This document shows, piece by piece, positions 52,697-64,000 of a stretch of DNA of 64,000 nt (the stretch's first letter is position 1; every line of letters starts with the position of its first letter). The translations under genes and the position numbers were made by a program. The notes beneath the pieces are model-generated. The model was not told the origin of the DNA. It did not search any database and was given only the letters and a program-made list of their open reading frames with translations. Origin of the DNA: Octopus vulgaris (taxonomy: Eukaryota); NCBI GenBank assembly GCA_951406725.2, contig OX597837.1, positions 13,640,001-13,704,000 on the forward strand, written 5' to 3'.

Positions 52697-54061
52697 TGTC
52701 ATGTAGAAGAGATCCTTATATAAAACGAGAGAATTCTCCTTTTAGAACTGTAAAGCTAACCATTTTAAAGATTTTATGAACTTGAGTTTGGCTGAGTACC
52801 AAATTGAGTACCAAATAATTAGGTTTCTTTATTCTTTCTTTTCTTTTAAATCCTAGTCTTTGAACTGATACGTTTAGAAAGTTAGTTAACTAAACAAACC
52901 AAAAAAAAAAAAAACTTAGTATTATATAAATCCTGTTTATTGAAAACTGACACCAAAAATATAAATATTGCCCAACTTAAGAAACTGTTGCTGATGACAA
53001 ATTAAAAAAAAAATGATTTACATTGAAAGAGTTGAATGAATTTTATACAAGGAATATTTATTTTTATTTTTTTTTCCTTCAAAACTCAGAAGGCTTCTTT
53101 CATTTTCTCCTTGCTCTGACCATTACCCCACCATCAACACCATCACCACCACTAATCCCCACCCTCTCTCCCTTCCCACCTAATTCATTTTAGTTAACCA
53201 AACCAATTTGATATTTTATCTTTCACACGGAACAGCTTTGCCCTAAATGTTTTGGTCTCTCTTCTTCCACACGACAACAAACCTTTTTTTTTTACTTCGC
53301 AGTTTCAATTATTTACATTACTCTTGGCAAATGACAAATATTCACTAGTTTCCCCAAATTGTTTTAGCCTGAAATCATTGTCTGGGTTCTCTGTTCCTAA
53401 TGAGATTTAATCTCAAAGTAATTTTTACAATTAAACTATGTATGCATGTATGTATATGTAAGTATGTGTGCTTATATACCACCACCATCACCACCACCAC
53501 CATCATCACTATCATCAACATTATCCCTCACTCACATAGCTTTCATCTACAATCTCTAAAAATGTATCTGGAAAACAGCATTTAAGAATTTTTTCTAATA
53601 ATTTATGAGGAAGCAAAGTTGGAAAAAGGGCAAAGTATTAAAAAACCCCACCAAACATTTCTTGACATAATCTATAATCTACCCCAGAATACACCATTTG
53701 AAATCTGAAATGTATCTCTGGAAAATCTCGTTAAAATACAAACATTTTTTAATTGTTAAGAAAGTTACTGGCAAACAAAGCAGAGGAGGCACAATGTGTG
53801 TTTATATATATATATATATATATATATACATACATACATATACATACATACATATATATACACACATACATATATATATATATACACACACACTCATATA
53901 TACACACATATATATTTTTATATACATACATATATATATGTATATATATACTTGTGTGTATCTATCTATATATATATGTATATACACATAATGTATGTGT
54001 GTATATATTTATATGTATGTATATATATATGTGTGTGTGTGTGTACATATGCATAGGTATA

Positions 54062-54111
<50 letters not shown>

Positions 54112-54375
54112 AGTGTATATCCTCTTTCTGTTTAAATAGGTTAACCCTGCTTCCTCTGCTTCCTATTGAACAGCCATACACTCAGGGTAAGAGTGTGTGT
54201 GCGTACATGTAGGCATGTTTGTATGTGGTGTATGTGTTCAAACTTCTGCTTACGTTTAAAGTCTAAAAATCTGTTTTAGGTCATCATGTTGGTATGATCA
54301 ACAAAAATCTTCAAGCTGGTGCCCCTAGCATCACTATAATCTATGCTAGGGGGTTAGTGTCTTTATGTGGGGGGT

Positions 54376-54587
54376 GGGGCATTGCTGAAAAGTTCCTGGC
54401 TTTAAGGGTGTCGTGAAAGGCCTGGTTGGAAGCTCAACCTTTCAAGCTCTTTTACAGGGCTTAGAAAAACTGAAGGATCACTGCTATAAGTGTGTGAATC
54501 TGAGAGGGGAATATGTTGAATAAAACCATAATCAATTGATCCTCCTGTATTTTCTTTTACCCAAAGCCAGGAACTTTTCAACACCCC

Positions 54588-54588
<1 letters not shown>
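54376..54588 (+). mobile_element. Internally deleted mariner (MITE)
   Basis: TIRs tgctgaaaagttcctggcttt / aaagccaggaacttttcaaca. Internal GLEKLKDHCYKCVNLRGEYVE* remnant. Confidence 0.75.
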
Positions 54589-54627
<39 letters not shown>

Positions 54628-55000
54628 TAATCCAAACAAGAAAGCACAAAAAAACACAACAATGCGAGGACGTGGAACAAATATAGTATTATTGGACGCT
54701 CAGGAAAGAAGGAAAGAAGGAGGGTTTAACGTTTTGAGCGGAGCTCTTCGTCGGAAACATAGGAGAAGGAAAGACAGATATCATCATCATCATCATCATC
54801 ACTTAATGTCCATTGTCCATGCTGGCATGAGTCGGACAGTTTGACCAGGACTGGTAGGCTGAGAGGCTGCACCAGACTCCAGTCTGATTTGGTATGGCTT
54901 TCCATGGATGGATGCCCTTCCTAATGCCAACCACTCCGAGAGTGTAATGGGTGCCTTTGTGTGCCACTTGCATGACACCAGTATTTGCTACGACTACAAT

Positions 55001-55041
<41 letters not shown>

Positions 55042-55060
55042 CATACATACATACATATAC

Positions 55061-55111
<51 letters not shown>

Positions 55112-55873
55112 GGCACTCTGTCGGTTATGATGACAAGGGTTCGAGTTGATCAGATCAACCAAACAGCCTGCTTGTGAAATTAACATACAAGTGGCTGAGC
55201 ACTCCACAGACATGTGTACCCTTAACGTAGTTCTTGGAGGGATTCAGCATGACATAGGGTGTGACAAGGCTGACCCCTTTGAAATACAGGTACAACAGAA
55301 ACAGGAAGAAAGAGTGAGAGGAAGTTGTGGTGAGAGAGTACAACAGGGTCCGCCATCACACCCCTGCCGGACCCTCGTGGAGCTTTAGGTGTTTTTGCTC
55401 AAAAAACACTCACAATGCCCGGTCTGGGAATCGAAACTGCGAGTCCACTGCCCTAACCACTGGGCCATTGCGCCTCCACACACACACACACTCATTGAGT
55501 CACATCATTAGCAATTATCAAGAAAGCTTTCCTGGAAACAAGTCAGGCGAAAGTACCCTAGGAATTCAGTATTTTGTATTGCATTTACAGAGGTAATGAT
55601 TCAATACAAATATCAGACTGGAGTCAATATAACTGACTAAAAGCTCTTCATCGACATGATGCTCCAGCATGGCCGCGGTCTACTGACAGAAACGGGCTAA
55701 AGAATAGACTGTGTTATAGATGTGTTACACACGATACAATCAGTTTTCGTTCGTCAGTCAATTGGATTTATCTCCCTTTAATCGTGTCACTGTGCAACTA
55801 TGCTCACATTCTCTCTCACTCTCTTTCTCATTAAATGAACATTATACACGCACAACGTATTAGATACATGCAC

Positions 55874-55960
<87 letters not shown>

Positions 55961-56069
55961 CATCCATCCATCTATCTGTCTGTCTGTCTATCTACCTATC
56001 TATCAATCAATCTATCTATCCCTTTCTATCTATCTATCTATATCTATCTATCTCTATGTATCTGTCTAC

Positions 56070-56128
<59 letters not shown>

Positions 56129-56300
56129 CTTCTCTCTCTCTTTATCTATCTATCTACTTCTCTATCTATCTATCTATCCATCCATCTGTCCGTCCGTCCA
56201 TCCATCCATCTATCTGTCTGTCTCTCTGTCTCTCTCTCTCTGTATCTATCTATCTATCTATCTGTCTGTCTGTCTGTCCGTCTGTCTACCAATCTATCTA
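55874..56300. repeat. (TATC)n compound microsatellite
   Basis: Direct inspection. Confidence 0.95.
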
Positions 56301-56555
56301 ATGTATGTGTATGTGATTTTTACGCCTATTTTGGAAATTTAAAAAATCAACCTATAAATATATATATATTAAAATTGGGGAAGGCTGGTTTTGGGGATTA
56401 CTGTAGGTTTCCCGTCCATAAAAGGTTTAGCTTTACGACGTATTGTCAGACCCCCAAATCCTGTGGTCCATGACCCCTTAAAAATATGGAGAGAGAAATC
56501 TTTTATTTTTCTCTCTCGTTTTGACCTCGGCTACTCTACTAAGAATAAATATATA

Positions 56556-56761
56556 CAGTGTGTCCATAAATTAGATTTACAATTTGAAAAATTCAGGAAA
56601 AAAAAGTTAAAAGTAAGTACAACTCAACAGAGTTTATTGAGAAACTCTATTACAGTTTTATCAGAAACACCAGAACACTCTCACGTGGGTTCCATTGGTT
56701 ACACGTAACACATCTTGACAATAAACTGTGGAAGTTGTAAAGATAATTTATGGACACCCTG
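56556..56761. mobile_element. Tc1/mariner MITE with TA TSD
   Basis: ta|cagtgtgtccataaatta ... taatttatggacaccctg|ta. Confidence 0.8.
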
Positions 56762-56909
56762 TATGTTGTATAGATTGATTGATTGGTGATGTGTGTTGCT
56801 GGAGTTTTGACCACCTGTGCAAACCTGGTCAAATAAATTGTAAAATGGGTGGGGGATATTTGTGTGTGTGTGTGTGTGTGTGTGTATTTATATATATGTA
56901 ATGTATGTA

Positions 56910-56956
<47 letters not shown>

Positions 56957-57356
56957 TTTTACTCTTTTACTCTTTACTTGTTTCAGTCAATTGACTGCGG
57001 CCATGCTGGAGCACTGCCTTTTTTAATCAAGCAACTCGACCCCGGGACTTATTCTTTTGTAAGCCCAGTACTTATTCTATCGGTCTCTTTTTGCCAAACC
57101 GCTAAGTAATGGGGACATAAACACACCAGCATCGGTTGTCAAGCAATGCTAGGGGGACAAACACACACACGCATATATATATACACATATATACGATGGG
57201 TTTCTTTTCAGTTTTCGTCTACCAAATCCACTCACAAGGCTTTGGTCGGCCCAAGGCTATAGTAGAAGACATTTGCCCAAGGTGCTACGCAGTGGGACTG
57301 AACCCGGAACCATGTGGTTGGTAAACAAGCTACTTACCACACAGCCACTCCTGCGC

Positions 57357-57630
<274 letters not shown>

Positions 57631-57834
57631 AATGTTTGCGTGGATATATATTCTTTTATTCTTTTAGTTGTTTCAGTCATTTGATTGCGGCCACGCTGGA
57701 GCACCGCCTTAAGTGGGTTTAGTCGAAGAAATTGACCCCAGGACTTAATCTTTGTAAGCCTAGTACTCATTCTATCGGTCTCTTTTGCCGAACCACTAAG
57801 TTACAGAGACCTAAACACACTAAAATATATCCAT

Positions 57835-58050
57835 ATATATATGACCTCGTGTGTACCATTGGCGATTTTTTTCCCTCTGTCTTCCCTTCTCTGGATCTTT
57901 CCTTCTCCTATGTTTCCGACGAAGAGCTCTGCTCGAAACGTTAACCCCTCCTCTTTTCCTTCTTTCCTGAGCGTCCCATAATACTATATCTGTTCCACGT
58001 CCTCACGTTGTTGTGTTTTTTTGTGCTTTCTTGTTTCGATTAACTTTAAA
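57835..58050 (+). mobile_element. Penelope-like non-autonomous fragment with a minimal hammerhead-like motif; inverted copy at about 54622-54775
   Basis: ccgacga-a-gagc-tct-gctc-gaaa-cgtta. Two copies in the window. Confidence 0.55.
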
Positions 58051-58423
58051 TATATATATCCATATATAAACAACTATACAACAGTAAGATGGAATACACA
58101 GGATTTAATTATAAATTACAGCATTTGTTTCTGCACAGAGGCAACAGCTGTGAGTTGCTGAGCTTTCAATCTCCTGCCATTGCATAAATTATTTTATAAA
58201 TAATTACATAAACAAGAAAGATCCAACAACAGCTGTGTGCCGGCCCTTCATCAGGTAGGTTTCCTATAAAGCCCCCTAACGAAGTTCCACCTGTTTGTGC
58301 CACTCAAGGAATAACCCTGTGGTATGATGGCAAATGATAGTGAATAACAGCAGAGGAGCTTTGAAATGCACATCATGAGGTTTATTACCCAGATAACATT
58401 GAATATGTACCCGCACACACTCA

Positions 58424-58477
<54 letters not shown>

Positions 58478-59940
58478 GTTTAAACATTTGGGCCCCTTGC
58501 CCAATGTGTCCCTGTCAAGTCTAGATTTGCTGCTATCAAACTTTCTTTGATTTCTTCACCTCTCCCAATCATTCATCATTCAATCAATCATTAGTCAATC
58601 ACTCATTCTTATTTATTCTTCTACCTCAGTTGTACGTCACACATCACTCAATCCATGCTCCTTTTGATATATCTTTTATCTTTTACTTGTTCCCCTCATG
58701 GGGCTGTGGCCATGCTGGGGCACCGCCTTAAAGAGTTTAGCTGAAAAAATTGATCCCAAGACTTAAGCTTTTTTTCTTTTTAAAGTTTCAAACTTATTCT
58801 ATCAGTCATTTTTGCCAAAACTGTTAAGCTACAGGAACATAAACAACCTAACACCGTTTATCAAGCAGTGGGTGAACGGACAAACACAAAGACACACACA
58901 CATATATGTACTTTTTTTATCCTTTTACTTGTTTCAGTCATTTGACTATGGCCATGCTGGAGCACCACCTTTAGTCGAACAAATCGACCCCAGGACTTAT
59001 TCTATCGGTCTGTTTTGCTGAACCACTAAGTTACAGGGACATAAACACACCAACATTGATTGTCAAGTGATGGTGGGGGGACAAACACAAACACAAACAC
59101 ACACATATACCTATATTGTGTATTAAGTAAAATATCCATGGTTACGTGTGATCCAGATTGTGTTTAATTGTGTTTCTGGTTGACTCACATGTGAATAAAT
59201 TCAGAAAAAAAAAAAGAAAAAAATTAATAGCTTAGATCGCAGTCATCTTGCAGCAATGTACGAAGATTGCAAACGAGCCAAAATATAAAGTAGCAAACGT
59301 GTAACTGTCGAAATACAGCACTCTGCCTCCCTAAAGGCAGATGCCAAGAAGAAAAACAAAACAAAACAAAACAATAGTAATTGTATATGATGCTGATGTC
59401 TCCACCAATGATACATCAACAAGCAAGACAGGCCGCGTAGAGCACTCCTTCAAAATTACCTGCACCAGCAGAACAGCTCATTCTCTCACTAGTACCTCTC
59501 AAAGTATATTTGGCAATTAGAAAAGATAATGGAGAAACCACGAGCAGCGTTACATGGCTAATGCTAGATGAGGCAGCAGCATTTAGGAGTGGATCAAGCT
59601 ACTGTTACCTCTGCCTTGCAGAGAAACTTTATATTTTCTCTACCTTACTCCAATCCTACAAAGAAAAATAAAAATATGTTTTGACTCATGTTTGCATTCT
59701 TTCTCATTAATTCCAAAACAGACCCTCCTGATGAATGCCAAATGGCAATTAGCATCAAAGATATGTAATTATCTGAAAGTGTATCAAGTGCAAATTAAAT
59801 TGTTATTAATCTTTTCTTATCAATCTACTGATGTGCAGAGTTGACTAAAAGAAGATATTGAACAAAACCCTGTTTCAGAAAATATGAAATCTTGTTTGCT
59901 GTACATGTGGCAAAACATACATGAGAATCTGTGCCCCCTT

Positions 59941-59971
<31 letters not shown>

Positions 59972-60289
59972 GTTTAACGTCCGTTCTCCATGCTAGCATG
60001 GGTTGGACGGTTTGACTGGGGATCTGGGAAGCCAGAAGGCTGCACCAGGCTCCAGTCTGATCTGGCAGTGTTTCTACAGCTGGATGCCCTTCCTAATGCT
60101 AACCACTCCATGAGTGTAGTGGGTGCTTTTTACGTGCCAGGCAAGGCTGGCAATGGCCACGATCGGATTGGTGCATTTTACGTGCCACCAGCACGGAAGC
60201 CAGTCAAGGCGGCGCTGGCATCGGCCACGATTTGGATGGTGCTTTAATATAAACATGTATTGAGTACTTTTATATATCTGTACCCCAGT

Positions 60290-60605
60290 GTGAAGGTTCG
60301 TGGCTTAGTGGTTAGGGTACCCAGCTTACGATCATAAGGTCATGAGTTCAGTTCCTGGTGATGCAGTGTATCCTTGTGCAAGACACTTTATTTCATGTTG
60401 TCCCAGTTCATTCAGCTGGCAAAAATAAGTCGTACCAGTAATTCGAAGGGGTCCAGCCCTGTCACATTCTGTGTCACGCTGAATCTCCCTGAGAACTACG
60501 TTATGAGTATGCGTGTCTGTGGAGTGCTCAGCCACTTGTACATTGATTTCACAAGCAAGCTGTTCCATTGATTGGATTGACTGGAACACACGTCATCGTG
60601 ACTGA
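60290..60605 (+). mobile_element. Further tRNA-derived SINE family
   Basis: A-box tggcttagtggtta, B-box-like gagttcagttcc. Antisense copies or fragments at about 1000-1130, 25080-25330, 55110-55475. Confidence 0.7.
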
Positions 60606-62186
60606 CACAGAGCCAGCAAACCCCAAAATAAACAACTACACACACACACACACACACACGTACACACAAACAATTAAATGTCATTAGATGCCATATCACA
60701 TTAAAGTGGTTAAGATAAATATTTATCTTAGGTGCAGGAAACCTTTTTCAAGAATCATAATCTTTTATCTTTTACTTGTTTCATTCATTGGACTGTAGCC
60801 ATGCTGGGGCACTGCCTTGAAGAGTTTAGTGAAACTATCGAATTGATCCCTTTTTGCTGAATAGCTAGGTTGAGGGGACTTAACACAAGGCTTTGGTCAG
60901 CTAGGGGCTGTAGTAGAAGACACTTGCCCAAGGTGCCACATGGTGGGACTGAACCCAGGACCATATGGTTGAGGATGAGAAACTGATAAATTGTGTTTTA
61001 TAAAAACAAACAAACCCATCACTGCTTGTGAATAAAAGAAGCCATCATTCAATAAAAAGAATATTTAATAGGTTCAGGCATAGCTGTGTGGTAAGAAGCT
61101 TGCTTCCCAACCACATGGTTCTGGGTTCAGTCCTACTGCGTGGCACCTTGGGCAAATGTCTTCTAATATAACCTTTGCCTGATCAAAGTCTTGTGAGTGG
61201 ATTTGGTAGACAGGAACTGAAAGAAAATTGTCATGTGTGTATGTGTGTGTGTGTTTGTCCCCTACCACTGCTTGACAACCAGTGTTGGTGTGTTTATGTC
61301 CCCGTAAGTTAGCGTTTTCGCAAAAAGACACTGATAGAATAAGTACTAAGCTTTAAAAAATAAATAAATAAATCCTGGGGGGGGGGGAATGATTCATTCA
61401 ACTAAAAAAACTTCTTCAAAGTGCTGCTCCAGCATGGCTGTAGTCTTATGACCGAAACAGGTAAAAGGTAGTTAAGAAAGCAAAACAAAACTAAGAACTG
61501 GTAAATTTGGGAAAAAAACCAATTTCTTCCGCCTCTGGTCATTGGAACCGAAGGGAATGGCTGTGTTGAAGAATATCAACTTCATTTTCCAAACATAGTC
61601 ATCGGGTAGATAGACGGTTAGCAAGTTCTGGGTGTATGAAGACAATCGGTTCAAAGGAACTCAGATCTATTGTTAGTAGCAATAACTGTGGTAGGGGTGT
61701 TAAAATAATAGTGATAAAGCTGTTTGTAGTAGTAGAAGTAGTAGTAGCAGCAGTAGTAATAGTAGTAGTAATAGTAGAAGAAGAGTTGTAGGGATAGAGA
61801 TGAATAGCTTTTATCTGCTTCTTTCTTTCTTTCTTTTTTTTTTAAATCTTTTATTTGATGCTTCAGTCATTGCACTGTGGTCATGCTGGAGCACTGCCTA
61901 AAAGGTTTTAGTTGAGCAAAAATCAAAGTATTTATGCTTTTTTAAAATTTTTTAATTAAAATTTTTTTTTTTAAAGTCTGGTACTTATGTTGCAGGTGTC
62001 TTTTTGTTGAACCGCTAAGTTATTGGGACACACACAAACCAATGTTGACTGTTAAGCAGAGAGTGCATATGTGTGCGTGTGTGTGTGCTAAATCACAGAC
62101 ACACAGACTCACATACATACATACACACACATACGTACATACATACACACACACACAAACCAATGTCCACTGTTAAGCAGTGGGTC

Positions 62187-62219
<33 letters not shown>

Positions 62220-64000
62220 TAAACCAGACACAGAGACTCACATACATACATACATACACACACACACATATATATGTACATACATATATACATACATGCA
62301 TGCATAAAGATGCAACAGGCTTCCACACAGTTTCCGTCGACCAAATACACTCACAAGGCTATAATAGTAAAGAACATATACTCAAGCTGCTGCACAGTGG
62401 GACTGAACCCCAAACCATGTGGCTGCAAACTGAGCTGCTTAACCACACAGCCATGCCCGTGCCCCACTGGTTACGTTCGATTTGAAGCGGGGTTGCATTT
62501 AGGAAAACAAGGGAAAGACTTTACTTAGAAGAAAGAACGGATTTGAAAAACCTGACTGGACGAATATAGATCGATGGTAAAAAGCAAAACAGAAACTGGA
62601 ATAATAATTAGGGTTTGGTTTACTTACAAGTTGCCGGAGAAGCCGGGAGAGAATGTAGAGAGACCGAGTTTTGGCAGGAAACATATTGTTTAAGACTATG
62701 TCCCCGTTTTCGAATTTCTTTCGTCTCCTGTAGACTTTGAATCCTTTGAATTTTTTCCTCTGCACACAGCCATAGCCGGCAGTCCAGCTTGTACTGCAGT
62801 TCATAAGTAAGCGAGTGTGGAATTTATCATCGGGAAGCTTTAAGTTATACTTATGTTGGCTACTTTCATGGAAACTGGTGCTGATGTTTGGAAACTTTGG
62901 TTGGAAATTTAATTTGTCAACTCCATGAATCTGAGGTAATCTCCAGGCCATGCTTTGTAGTAAGACAAATATAATTGGAATTATTTCATAGCAGTTGCTA
63001 AGATCTAGGGAGCTGTTTGAAGTGTAACTAACCTCATAGCATTCTAGAAAACTAGAAGAATGAAAGAACTTAGTAGTTAGGTTTGGTAATGCTAGCAGGC
63101 AGCAAAAAGTAGTAGTTTGGTAAGTCTCAAGCAGGTGAGAGAATGAGAGAGAGAGAGAGAGAGTATGTGTGAGAAAGTAAAAGAGAGAGAGTGGAGGGGG
63201 AGAAGAAGAAGAAGATGGGGAGCTGTGTAGTAGTTTAAGGAAGGTAGTGATTGCTTCAAAGGTAGATAGAGCTAGTGGTGTGTTGCTTGAATAAGAAATA
63301 AAAGAAAAAAAAAAGCAGCAACAGGATGGTTAAGTTTGTCTGTATGAAGATGTCTAATAGAGGCTGAGAGGATGACAGCAAGAGCAAGGAGGGGGAAAAA
63401 GGTGGCTGGAGGTGAACCAAAATGAAGAAAAAAAAGTGAAAATAGAAGAGAAAAACTACATATTTAGCAAAGTCGATTTTGATATTCCTTGTATGTTTGC
63501 AGACATGAAAACAGTTTAAAAGCTATTTGCGAGGAAGGAGTTGGGGTGCTCAAAATAAACCAAAGATAAACTTGGCTAAAGTTGGCTTGCTCCTGCAGTT
63601 AGTTATTTTAGAAAAGCCTACATGTGCAGTAACAGTTGTTCCCACTGCACACTTTTAACAAGATTACTCAGTGAAAAGTAGACAATTGCTTTTTCTTACT
63701 TTATTTATCACATGCAATTAAAAGGGGGAATGAGTTTATAATGGAATGAAAACAACAACAACAACAACAACAACAAACATGGAATAAATTAAAGAAACAA
63801 AAACAAGATTACTATAATTAACTCGCCAAGAATAATCACCTCAGAAAGAAAAGGGAAGAGGGGGGGAAATAAAAATAATTTCTTTCTTATAAATAATATT
63901 TCTATTTTATGCCTTTTCAAGTGCCTCCCTGTCGCCATACGGAGCATTTTGTAAAGAAATATAATTAGCCACTTTCAGTCATCTCTCTGCTCACAAAGGA

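Overview
AT-rich animal genomic DNA with many microsatellites and SINEs. The repeat families match those of coleoid cephalopods, most likely Octopus (inference from repeat sequence). Almost all ORFs in the supplied track are spurious translations of microsatellites or SINEs. The real coding content is on the minus strand. (1) An apparently complete OTULIN/FAM105-family OTU deubiquitinase gene has six phase-compatible exons from 41909 to 19668, about 758 aa from the ATG at 41876. It keeps the RGDNYC and EDDRHYN catalytic motifs and carries an unusual ~480-aa acidic, Ser-rich N-terminal extension encoded by one giant exon. (2) A diverged tandem OTULIN paralog, absent from the ORF track, has exons at 4961-4990, 1231-1340 and 1-25 and runs off the left edge. 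It has no giant exon of its own but is splice-phase-compatible with that of gene 1. The remainder is tRNA-derived SINEs, RTE and R4/Dong-like LINE fossils, hAT, mariner, piggyBac-like and Merlin-like MITEs, Helitron-like elements, Penelope-like fragments with hammerhead-like motifs, and several long inverted repeats.
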